Assembly: GCA_041497675.1 (NCBI GenBank)
Contig: JBGQGY010000077.1
Location: 1 to 18,251, forward strand
DNA length: 18,251 nucleotides
Source of the DNA: a bacterium
GTDB taxonomy: Bacteria; Sysuimicrobiota; Sysuimicrobiia; Sysuimicrobiales; Humicultoraceae
Direction: 5' to 3'
Below, piece by piece: positions 8,512 through 16,499 of the stretch (within the stretch, counting starts at the first letter, position 1; each line of letters begins with the position of its first letter). Under the pieces are notes generated by a model that saw only the letters and a list, made by a program, of their open reading frames with translations, was not told the origin of the DNA and ran no database searches. The translations under genes were made by a program, and so were the position numbers.

Positions 8512-11500
8512 CTATGCCCGCGCCAGGTCGCCCAGGATCGCCCCCGCCGGTCCCTGCGCCCAGACGCGCAGGTCGCCCAGGGCGGCGCGCTCGCGCTCCC
8601 CTTCAATGTAACGGAGCGACCGGTTCAGATCGATCCGCGCGGATAAATCCACGAGCGCGTATTGGGCCGAGCCGTCCCCCGGATCCTCGCGGGCCACCGC
8701 GCCCGCCTGCGTGAGGACGTCCAGACAGGCCAACACCGCCTCGCGCGACAACCCGCTTCCGGGCAGCGGGTCATCCGTCTGAGGCACGGACCAGGGGCGA
8801 TCGCGGCTGATGTCTCGGAGGGATCGATAGCAGCGCACCAGAGCGTCACGATGCGGGAAGCGGGCATCGAGTGAGGCCCGCGCGGCCGAGAAGACTTCCG
8901 GAGCGTAGGAGAGTTCCACCGTAGCCGCGCGCCCGCCCAATCCCGCAACGGCAAGAGCCTCGGCCGCCAAGACGCGGCTCGTGGGCAGACCGCAGGCGAC
9001 GAGACGCGTCACGTCAGATGGCGCCGCCGGGGGGACCATCAGCGTGCCGGCCACGAGGGTCGTGATCCGGCCCGCCGCGAACAGATCCTCGAGCACGCGG
9101 CGGAGCGGCGCGGGAAGCCCGGGATGATAGTAGGCGATCGACCCTGCCGCCTCCGGATAGCGCTCACGCAGGCGACGGGCAAGCACGACGCTCTCCTCCG
9201 CCTGACCGGTGACGACAAGCGTCTTGTCCCGGCGGGTGGGGTCGATCGTGAGCACCTCCTCTCCCGGCCTACCGCGGCGGTCGAGGATCCTGAGATTGTC
9301 CCGCACGGCAACGATCGTCGATGCGTCCATGATTGACGGCCATCGCCGGCGGACCTCATCGATGATCGCCGGCGTCAGGGGGCCCGCGATCAACCGCAGA
9401 GTACCGGCGAGCGGGTCGAGCAGTCTCACATCGCCCGCCCCCCCCACGGGATCGAGGACCGCGATCGTCGCGGCAGGCGTGCCCGCGTGCCGCGCGGTCC
9501 AGGCGAGCGAGGCGAAGAGCACATCCACAGCGCCGCGGTCGAGGATCGAGGCAAGACGCCACGTTCCTGCCGGACCCAAGGCGCCGTGTGCCGCGGCCGT
9601 GCGCAACCCGACCTCGCGCAGGATGGGCCCGGCAAGAGGATACCAGGCCTCCACGTCGCTTGTTCGTGGAAGGATCACGACCACCGGCCTCATGGACGGC
9701 GCAAGCGCCACCGAGGCCGCCAGCACCGCGGGCAGCAGCCCCCGTCCGGGCCCAATGGCGGCCACGAGTCGCCTGCCCGCCTCCACCTGCTCGGCGATAC
9801 CCCGCGGCAGATCGCCCACGCGGCGGCCCCGGCCGAGTGCCGTGGCGAGCCGCTCGTGCAGCGCCGGCGCCGTGGTGGCAGCGGGCCTCTCGACGTCCAC
9901 CTCGCCGGCTTCGCGAGTCCAGGGTGCCTCTCGCTCCACGTAGATGTTCAGCCCCCACGCGCGGTCGCCGCCCCCGGTGAGCGCCGTGGCGGTCGCCGAG
10001 TAGCGCGCGCCAGCGTCGATCGAGGGCGCGAGATGGGCCGCCAGCGAGGCGCGGAGAAATCCCAATTGTTTGCCGTCGAGCGTGCACACTTGAATCGCGT
10101 GAGGATCGCGCGGATTGCGCGGGTCGCGAACAAGACGCAACCGATCATCGGAGTGCACACCGGGCAGGAGTTCCTGCCGGCCTTCAAAGGTCACACCGAC
10201 GACCTTCGTGTTGAAGGCCGTCGCCTGCTCAACCGCGTCCAGCCGCAGATCGAGGTAGTCGTCGGCGCGCGCAAACAACCGATCGAGCACCTGCGCCGCG
10301 TCGGTGGCCACCCTGTCCGTGTCGACGCCGGGCGTCCGCAGATCCTCGACCACCAGCTGGACCCGGTCTCCGTCGTTCCATCGGTCACGTTCGAGGGTAA
10401 ACGCCAGATCGACGCGCGCCTGAGTGAACGCCAACAACTCGACTCGGTCCGCCTGCCGAAACGCGATGGCGTCCGCCGTACGGGAGCCGTCGGTCACGAC
10501 AAGACGCAGGTGGCTGCCGTCCCCGACCAGCCGCGTGCCGATCGCGCGCAGGCCGCGCGTCAGGAACACCGGCTCGGGGTTGCCGGATCCAAACGGCGCC
10601 AGGCGTGCGACATCGTCGGCCGCGGCCGGGGTGAGGTCTTCCAGCGTCGCGTCAGCGTCGATCTCGACGAACGGCTCGAAGTCTTCGGGGCGTAACCGCC
10701 GGCCGACGGCATCGAGAAAGTCGGCGCGGAACCGCTCGAACGCGTCGGCCTCGACCACCAACCCGGCGGCCATCGCGTGACCGCCGAATCCGGTGAGGTG
10801 ACTGCTGGCGTGCGCCAGCGTGTCGACCAGGTGCAACGTCGGGATGCTGCGGGCCGAGCCCCGACCGACGCCATCGCGCAGCCCGACGAGCACGGTCGGG
10901 CGATGATATCGCTCGACGATCTGAGACGCGACGATCCCGATGACGCCCGGATGCCAGTTGTCACGCGCCAGCGCGATCGCCGGATCGCGCGCGAAGCCTT
11001 GACGTTCGATCTCCTCTACCGCATCGGCCAGAACCGTATCGCAGAGCGCGCGGCGCTCTCGGTTCAAGGCGTCGAGCTCGGCGGCGAGCCGCCGGGCTTC
11101 TTCCAGGTCGTCTGTCAACAGCAGGTCGAGCGCGGTGCGGGCATTGGCCAGGCGTCCGGCCGCGTTGATGCGGGGGGCGAGCGAGTGTGAGAGGTCGCGG
11201 GTCCGCAGCGGCGCCCGCACATTGGCGACATGGGCGAGCGCGGCGAGCCCCGCAACGCTCGGGCGCGTGAGAGTTCTCAGTCCTTCGGCGACGATGATGC
11301 GGTTGTCGCCGAGCAGCGTGACCGCGTCGGCGACCGTGCCCAGAGCGGCCAGTTCCACCAGGTCGTCGAGACCCTGATCGCCGTGACCAGAGCCGCCCGC
11401 TGACTCTCCCCGGCCAAGACGAGAGATCAGCGCGCGGGCCGCTTGCAATGCGAGACCCGCCGCGCAGTAGTCGGCCGCGGGATCCGAGGCGTCGGGCCGC

Positions 11501-12045
11501 TTGGGGTCCACGACGGCGACCGCAAAGGGCAGGTCGCCCAGCACCTCATGATGGTCCAGAATCACGAGATCGACGCCGGCCCGCCTCGCCACATCGGCCG
11601 CCGCAGTGGCCGTCACGCCGCAATCGACGGCGACGACCAGACCCGCCCCGCGCTCTGCCAGACGCGCGACGGCGCCTTCGCTCAACCCATACCCGTCGGC
11701 GCGGCGGTCGGGGATGTAGGCGTCGACCCGCGCGCCGTAGCGGGTGAGCGTCCTAACGAGGATCGCCGTGGCCGTCACGCCGTCCGCGTCGTAGTCACCG
11801 TACACGGTGATCGGGGTGTGCCCGCGGATGGCCGACACCAGGCGATCGACGGCGCGATCCATGTCGATCAGCCGGAGTGGGTCGCTGAGCTGTTCAAACC
11901 GCGGCGAGAGGAACGCACGCGCGGCGGCGGGATCGCCCAGGTGCCGATTGACGAGCACCCTCGCCGCAAGCAACGAGAGCCCCACGTCCTCGGCCAGACG
12001 GCGGGATGCGTCTTCGTGGGGCGGCGCCACGCGCCAACGGCTCAT
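8512..12045 (-). CDS. recJ: ssDNA 5'-3' exonuclease RecJ fused to a HIRAN domain and a degenerate SF2 (RecQ-like) helicase region, 1177 aa
   Basis: DHH-family motifs YGDYDADG, VDCG, ILDHH and GTVAD, PRINAAGR, DHHA1 GSARS/GGH, and OB-region APFGSGNPEP. These are followed by HIRAN-like FNTKVVGVTF..LVRDPRNPRDPHAI..LGFL and helicase-C-like IAYYHPGL..R..ED.F..G. ATG at 12045 chosen because the longer ORF overlaps the lapA-like gene and secF. Confidence 0.93.
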   Translation of the reverse strand: MSRWRVAPPHEDASRRLAEDVGLSLLAARVLVNRHLGDPAAARAFLSPRFEQLSDPLRLIDMDRAVDRLVSAIRGHTPITVYGDYDADGVTATAILVRTLTRYGARVDAYIPDRRADGYGLSEGAVARLAERGAGLVVAVDCGVTATAAADVARRAGVDLVILDHHEVLGDLPFAVAVVDPKRPDASDPAADYCAAGLALQAARALISRLGRGESAGGSGHGDQGLDDLVELAALGTVADAVTLLGDNRIIVAEGLRTLTRPSVAGLAALAHVANVRAPLRTRDLSHSLAPRINAAGRLANARTALDLLLTDDLEEARRLAAELDALNRERRALCDTVLADAVEEIERQGFARDPAIALARDNWHPGVIGIVASQIVERYHRPTVLVGLRDGVGRGSARSIPTLHLVDTLAHASSHLTGFGGHAMAAGLVVEADAFERFRADFLDAVGRRLRPEDFEPFVEIDADATLEDLTPAAADDVARLAPFGSGNPEPVFLTRGLRAIGTRLVGDGSHLRLVVTDGSRTADAIAFRQADRVELLAFTQARVDLAFTLERDRWNDGDRVQLVVEDLRTPGVDTDRVATDAAQVLDRLFARADDYLDLRLDAVEQATAFNTKVVGVTFEGRQELLPGVHSDDRLRLVRDPRNPRDPHAIQVCTLDGKQLGFLRASLAAHLAPSIDAGARYSATATALTGGGDRAWGLNIYVEREAPWTREAGEVDVERPAATTAPALHERLATALGRGRRVGDLPRGIAEQVEAGRRLVAAIGPGRGLLPAVLAASVALAPSMRPVVVILPRTSDVEAWYPLAGPILREVGLRTAAAHGALGPAGTWRLASILDRGAVDVLFASLAWTARHAGTPAATIAVLDPVGGAGDVRLLDPLAGTLRLIAGPLTPAIIDEVRRRWPSIMDASTIVAVRDNLRILDRRGRPGEEVLTIDPTRRDKTLVVTGQAEESVVLARRLRERYPEAAGSIAYYHPGLPAPLRRVLEDLFAAGRITTLVAGTLMVPPAAPSDVTRLVACGLPTSRVLAAEALAVAGLGGRAATVELSYAPEVFSAARASLDARFPHRDALVRCYRSLRDISRDRPWSVPQTDDPLPGSGLSREAVLACLDVLTQAGAVAREDPGDGSAQYALVDLSARIDLNRSLRYIEGERERAALGDLRVWAQGPAGAILGDLARA

Positions 12046-12062
12046 CGGACCCGCGCCGGGGT

Positions 12063-12353
12063 CTACTGCTGGCTGGTGTGGTCCGCGGAACGGTCTGCGG
12101 GCGCCGGACGCCCTTCGAGCTCGCGCAGGCGGGTCTGGAGCTCGCGGAGGCGGGCGCGCATCTGTTGTTGCCCAACCGTGCTGCTGATCAGTACGAGGAG
12201 ACCGCCAACGATGCCGGCGCCGACCACCGCCAGGGCCAGACTGATCTGAAGGTGCCACGCCAGGAACCGCACCGTCACGAGGTCGGGGTTCGACAGAGAA
12301 AAGACCGTGACGGCGGCAAACAAGATGAGCGCAAAGACGGCGAAGATCGACAT
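12063..12353 (-). CDS. LapA/DUF1049-family small membrane protein
   Basis: Two hydrophobic helices around FSLSNPDLVTVRFLAW (the F..N...V.V.FL.W pattern of LapA-family proteins), followed by a coiled-coil-like tail (LRELQTRLRELE). Gaps of 5 and 17 nt to its neighbours. Confidence 0.8.
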   Translation of the reverse strand: MSIFAVFALILFAAVTVFSLSNPDLVTVRFLAWHLQISLALAVVGAGIVGGLLVLISSTVGQQQMRARLRELQTRLRELEGRPAPADRSADHTSQQ

Positions 12354-12358
12354 CGACG

Positions 12359-13396
12359 CTACCTGCGGCGGGAGCGCCGTCCTCGCGGGCCCTGCCCGGC
12401 GGTGGTCCGCGCCGAAGCCTCCGGTGTGACCGGCTCCAGCGCCGGCTCTCGAGACGGCAGCGCGGCCGGGGATGTGTCCGCCTCAACCGGCCGCATCCGG
12501 CCCGCCCGCCGGTCGCCCCAATGCGTCCAGTCAACGATCAACGCGGTCGCGATAAACGTCGAGGAATACGTCCCCGTCAAGATCCCCACCATCAGCCCGA
12601 ATGAGAAGTCCCGGATCGTCGCGCCGCCAAAGAAATAGACGGCGGCAATGGCCAGGATCGCCGTCAGCGACGTGTTCACGGATCGCACGAGGGCTTCGAG
12701 CAGGCTGCGGTTGACCAGCCGGTCGAAAGTCTCCCGAGTCCGCAGCACCAGATTTTCGCGAATCCGGTCGAACACGACGATCGTATCGTGCATCGAGTAC
12801 CCGAGCACGGTGAGCAGCACGGCGACAAACGAGCTGTTGACCTCCTTGCGCGTCATCGCGAAGACGCCGACGACCACCAACAGATCGTGTATGAGCGCAA
12901 TATCGGCGCTGAGCGCATAGCGGATCGACTTGAATCGATAGGAGATGTAGACGACCTGGAGCGCCAGACCGATGATGATGCTGGTAATCGCGAGACTGCG
13001 TAGCTCCTGACCGACCTTTGGCCCGACCTGGTCCTCACGCAGAACGGTCACCGCACCAAACCGATCCTTCAACGCCGCGAGCAACTGTGCTTTGGCCTGC
13101 GCGGTGAGCGGGCGGGTCCGGATGAACGTCTCCTGGGGTGCCTTCTCCGCCTTCTGGATGACGCTCTGGCCGGTCGCAAACCGATCGACGACCTCACGGA
13201 CCTGACCGGAATCGAACGGCCGCTCCAGCCTCAGGTGGAGGAAGTTGCCTCCGGTGAAATCCACGCCCCAGTTCAACGCCCCCTGGCCGTGCATGACGTT
13301 CAGGATCAAGACGATGAGGCCGGGGATGGTGACGAGCAGCGAGAGCGCGTACCCCCACTTGCGGAGCCCCATGACGTCCCAGAGCCGCGCCGTCAT
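12359..13396 (-). CDS. secF: Protein translocase subunit SecF
   Basis: LNWGVDFTGG, VGPKVGQEL, ALIHD, GYSMHDTIVVFDRIREN, RSVNTSLT and GTYSSTFIA. ATG at 13396 overlaps the secD stop (TGATG), with SD GGGAGG. Confidence 0.95.
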   Translation of the reverse strand: MTARLWDVMGLRKWGYALSLLVTIPGLIVLILNVMHGQGALNWGVDFTGGNFLHLRLERPFDSGQVREVVDRFATGQSVIQKAEKAPQETFIRTRPLTAQAKAQLLAALKDRFGAVTVLREDQVGPKVGQELRSLAITSIIIGLALQVVYISYRFKSIRYALSADIALIHDLLVVVGVFAMTRKEVNSSFVAVLLTVLGYSMHDTIVVFDRIRENLVLRTRETFDRLVNRSLLEALVRSVNTSLTAILAIAAVYFFGGATIRDFSFGLMVGILTGTYSSTFIATALIVDWTHWGDRRAGRMRPVEADTSPAALPSREPALEPVTPEASARTTAGQGPRGRRSRRR

Positions 13397-14784
13397 CAGG
13401 CCGTCCTCCCGGCCATGCGGATCAACCGTGGGCCCAGACTCGTCACGGCGACGCTGTCGACGAATAAGCGCGTCACCACGATCGCGGTGTACATGCTGAC
13501 GAACACGCCGATGGCGAGCGTCACGGCGAATCCACGGATGGGACCCGTGCCGAGGAAGAACAGAATGGCTGCGGCGATCAACGTCGTCACGTTCGAGTCG
13601 ATGATGGCGGACATCGCTCTGTTCCACCCTGTGCTGATGGCGGAACGCAGGGTCTTGCCCGCGCGCAGCTCTTCTTTGATCTTCTCAAAGATGATGATGT
13701 TGGCGTCGACGGCCATCCCCACCGAGAGGACGATACCCGCGATGCCGGGCAACGTCAGCGTGGCGCCCAGGAGTGTCAGCAACGCCACCACGACAACCAG
13801 GTAGAGAGCGAGGGCGATATCGGCCAGCAACCCCGGCAGTCCGTAGTACAACACCATGAAGACGGCCACCATCGTAAAGGCGATCCACGACGCGTGCAGG
13901 CTGGCGTCGATCGCGTCGCGGCCCAGTTCGGGGCCGACGGTGCGATTCTCGATCACCTCGACCGGGATGGGCAGCGCGCCGCCGCGGAGCAGCACGGCCA
14001 GATTTCGCGCCTCTTCGATGTCGCGGAACCCTCCGCTGATCACACCCGTCCCGCCCGGAATCTGCGAGCGAATGACCGGCGAAGAAATGACTTCGTTGTC
14101 CAACACGATCGTCAGGTGGCCGCCGACGTTCTTGCCGGTGAAGTCCTCAAATGTCTTGGCCGCCTTGCTCTTGAACTTGAACTGGACGATGGGTTCACCC
14201 GCGCTGGTCGCCGACTGATCGAACGCGGCCTGCGCGGTCTCGAGATCGGCTCCGGTGAGAATCACTTTCTTGGCCAGCGGGATTGTGCGGGCCCCCTGCG
14301 GTTTGCACCCGGCTCCGGGCTCGGCGGTCGCCGCCGGGATGATCACCGTTTTGCCGTCCGGGGTCCAACAGGCTCCGTGTGGCAACGCCTGCGGACCCGT
14401 ATCGACGAACTCCAACAACGCCGTCTTTCCCAGGAGGGCAATCGCCTTCTCCGGATCGTGCAAACCGGGCAGCTCGACGATAATGCGGTTGGTGCCCTGT
14501 CGCTGGATCGAGGGCTCCACGACGCCCAACTGATCGATCCGGCGTTCAATGACCCTCTTGGCGTCGTCGACCGCCTGGGGCGTGGCCTTGACCGTTGCCG
14601 TATCCTTGCCTTCGAGCACGAGCATGCTGCCGCCCTGGAGGTCAAGACCCAGGTTCATCCGGAGCGCCGGTCCGTGGAGGACCGGCAAGCGGCCCTCGAT
14701 GCCCACGGGCTGAAAGGCCACCTGCAGACCGGCGAGCGCGACGACGATCACGACGATGAGCCGGAAACTGGAACGCGACCCCAA
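13396..14784 (-). CDS. secD: Protein translocase subunit SecD
   Basis: NLGLDLQGG, RIDQLGVVEP, RIIVELPG, LRGGALP, VGPELG, TLTLPGIAG, GMAVDANIIIFEKIKEE and GFAVTL. TTG start with SD-like AAGGGG. Confidence 0.96.
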   Translation of the reverse strand: MGSRSSFRLIVVIVVALAGLQVAFQPVGIEGRLPVLHGPALRMNLGLDLQGGSMLVLEGKDTATVKATPQAVDDAKRVIERRIDQLGVVEPSIQRQGTNRIIVELPGLHDPEKAIALLGKTALLEFVDTGPQALPHGACWTPDGKTVIIPAATAEPGAGCKPQGARTIPLAKKVILTGADLETAQAAFDQSATSAGEPIVQFKFKSKAAKTFEDFTGKNVGGHLTIVLDNEVISSPVIRSQIPGGTGVISGGFRDIEEARNLAVLLRGGALPIPVEVIENRTVGPELGRDAIDASLHASWIAFTMVAVFMVLYYGLPGLLADIALALYLVVVVALLTLLGATLTLPGIAGIVLSVGMAVDANIIIFEKIKEELRAGKTLRSAISTGWNRAMSAIIDSNVTTLIAAAILFFLGTGPIRGFAVTLAIGVFVSMYTAIVVTRLFVDSVAVTSLGPRLIRMAGRTA

Positions 14785-14817
14785 CGGTCGTCCCCTTCCA
14801 TTCGCAATGCGCGGCGC

Positions 14818-14838
14818 AAAAAAAGAGGGCTGTAGCCC
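14818..14838 (-). terminator. Terminator-like mini hairpin plus U-tract in the secD 5' leader (possible attenuator)
   Basis: Minus strand reads GGGC-UACA-GCCC-UC-UUUUUUU, starting at about the predicted +1. The stem is only 4 bp. Confidence 0.4.
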
Positions 14839-14843
14839 GACAC

Positions 14844-14873
14844 ATTATAGCCGCGCGCGAAAGACACTGTCAA
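14844..14873 (-). promoter_or_regulatory. Consensus sigma70/SigA promoter for the secD operon
   Basis: TTGACA (14873-14868), 18 nt spacer, TATAAT (14849-14844); both hexamers are perfect in a GC-rich background, 60 nt upstream of secD. Confidence 0.85.
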
Positions 14874-14953
14874 ACCGACGGCCACCCGCCTCGCACACGC
14901 GCGTGCCATCGTCGCGGGAGGGAGCGCGTGCGTCCGCGCGAACCGTCCTTGCC

Positions 14954-15907
14954 GTGAGCCTGTTTTCGCCGGAGCCCGCTGCGCCCGCACCGGTGCCCCT
15001 TGCGATCGGCGCGTGTAATGTTCTCGTCGGCACGTGCTCCTGGGCCGACAGGGGTGTCGTGGCCAGTGATTTCTATCCGCGCGGGACGAAGTCCAATCCG
15101 GAGGCTCGGCTCAAACACTACGCGGGCGTCTTCCCCACGGTGGAGGTTGACGCAACGTACCACGCGTTGCAGCCGCCTGAGCGAGCGGCGCATTGGCTGC
15201 AGTGGACGGCCCCAACGTTTGTGTTCAACGTGAAAGCCTTCGCCTGGATGACACGCCATGAGAGCGATCCGCGTCGGCTGCCGGCCGAGATCGCGGCGCT
15301 CGTGCCCCTTGATGCTCGAAGCGGTGGTCCGGTGCGCGGCGACCACATGCCCGAAGAGGTGCTGACAGCGGCGTGGGACTACTTCGCGGCATTTGCCGAC
15401 GTGTTCGCGAAAGCCCGTCGCCTCGGCTACGTCCTGTTGCAGTTTCCCAAAGGACAAGGATTCTCGCCCGACCTGTTCTCGTATCTGGACGCCTGGGCGC
15501 CGTACCTACACGCGTGGCCGGTCGCGGTCGAGATCAGACACAAGGACTGGCTGTACCGCCGGCACCGCGACACGTTTCTGGGGTATCTGCGCGAGCACGG
15601 ATACGCGTATGTGATCCCCGACCTGGTCCAGGCGCAGTATCTACCGCCTCCCGATCTGGAGGTCACGGCGGACTGGTCGGTCGTGCGGTTCCACGGCCGC
15701 AACAGCGCCCTGCTGAAACGCCGGGCGTCGACCGAGGAGGCGTACGACTATTTGTACTCAGCGGAGGAGCTGGAGGAGTGGAGCGGCAAAGCCCGTATCC
15801 TGGCCGACCGCGTACACACGCTGTATCTGATGTTCAATAATCACGCGCGCGGCCAAGCCGCGCGCAACGGGCAGGACACGATCGAGATCCTGCTACGGGG
15901 CGGCTGA
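14954..15907 (+). CDS. DUF72 (YecE/YunF-like) domain protein
   Basis: VGTCSW, YAGVFPTVEVDATYH, FNVKA, LGYVLLQFP, AVEIRH, VVRFHGRN, YDYLYSAEEL and MFNNH. Start uncertain (GTG 14954 or GTG 14993); the ORF-track start at 14756 overlaps secD and its promoter. Confidence 0.9.
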   Translation: MSLFSPEPAAPAPVPLAIGACNVLVGTCSWADRGVVASDFYPRGTKSNPEARLKHYAGVFPTVEVDATYHALQPPERAAHWLQWTAPTFVFNVKAFAWMTRHESDPRRLPAEIAALVPLDARSGGPVRGDHMPEEVLTAAWDYFAAFADVFAKARRLGYVLLQFPKGQGFSPDLFSYLDAWAPYLHAWPVAVEIRHKDWLYRRHRDTFLGYLREHGYAYVIPDLVQAQYLPPPDLEVTADWSVVRFHGRNSALLKRRASTEEAYDYLYSAEELEEWSGKARILADRVHTLYLMFNNHARGQAARNGQDTIEILLRGG

Positions 15908-15908
15908 C

Positions 15909-15937
15909 TCAACCCGTCGCCCGGTTTGGCGGTCTAA
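15909..15937 (+). promoter_or_regulatory. Possible ECF-sigma-type promoter for the Spy/CpxP-like gene
   Basis: TCAACC (15909-15914), 17 nt, GTCTAA (15932-15937) resembles the AAC...GTC(T)AA pattern of ECF promoters. The match is weak and was judged by eye. Confidence 0.3.
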
Positions 15938-15951
15938 CCACATGAACGTTG

Positions 15952-15973
15952 CTGGAATGAACCTGGAATGAAC
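15952..15973 (+). repeat. 11-bp tandem direct repeat (CTGGAATGAAC x2)
   Basis: Exact copies at 15952-15962 and 15963-15973, with an extra ATGAAC at 15942-15947 and a TGGA continuing into the SD. Confidence 0.85.
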
Positions 15974-15987
15974 ATGGAGGGAAGATC

Positions 15988-16494
15988 ATGAGACGAACGT
16001 CTGTTGTGCTGATCGCTTTGGTCGCGGCACTCGTCATCGGGGCCACGGCCGTGCTGTTCACGCGAACCGGCGCGTCTGCGCAGGGCGCGTGGCCTGAACC
16101 GCCGACGGCCGATCCGGGATTGGTTGCAGCCGCAGCGCCGGCCGACCAACCCGCCCAACCGCCAGATCTGCGGCGGCGTCTCAACCTGACTGATGAGCAG
16201 GCGAAGCGGGTCGAGCAGATCATGGCGACGTTCCGAGGGCGTGCTGAGCGGCTGCGCATCGATCTTGCCCGGGCGCGGCTCGACGCCCGCGAGGCCTTCC
16301 TCCAGACGACCCCGGATCGCGCGCGCCTCGCGACGATCGCGCGGAGGATCGGTGACCTGGACGCGCAGCTCACGCAGGCGCGTTTTGACATGCTCGCCGA
16401 CCTGCGCCAGGTGCTGACGCCCGAGCAGTGGGGCCGGATGCAGATGATGCGCCGGGGCCCAGGATCGTTCGGCGGCGGGTTCAGGCGGCGATAA
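15988..16494 (+). CDS. Spy/CpxP-family (LTXXQ motif) exported protein
   Basis: N-terminal signal peptide or anchor (MRRTSVVLIALVAALVIGATAVLF..ASAQ), two LTxxQ motifs (LNLTDEQ, VLTPEQ), helical core and an M/G/R-rich tail. SD GGAGGG at 15976-15981. Confidence 0.82.
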   Translation: MRRTSVVLIALVAALVIGATAVLFTRTGASAQGAWPEPPTADPGLVAAAAPADQPAQPPDLRRRLNLTDEQAKRVEQIMATFRGRAERLRIDLARARLDAREAFLQTTPDRARLATIARRIGDLDAQLTQARFDMLADLRQVLTPEQWGRMQMMRRGPGSFGGGFRRR

Positions 16495-16499
16495 GTTCG

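Noticed and set aside
9438..9445. G8 homopolymer on the coding strand in the degenerate helicase part of recJ, as a phase-variation or frameshift site
   Set aside because: The frame stays open and helicase-like motifs continue downstream in the same frame; one 8-mer in GC-rich DNA is weak evidence. Read-level length variation would reopen the question.
8512..12045. RecJ-HIRAN-helicase fusion as an anti-phage defence system
   Set aside because: It occupies the ancestral housekeeping recJ position between secF and rel, with no mobile or defence genes nearby and no obvious compositional shift.
12046..12534. 1340-aa version of RecJ starting at 12534
   Set aside because: The extra 163 codons overlap the LapA-like gene and the secF 3' end and are low-complexity R/P/G-rich; RecJ similarity begins at MSRW (12045).
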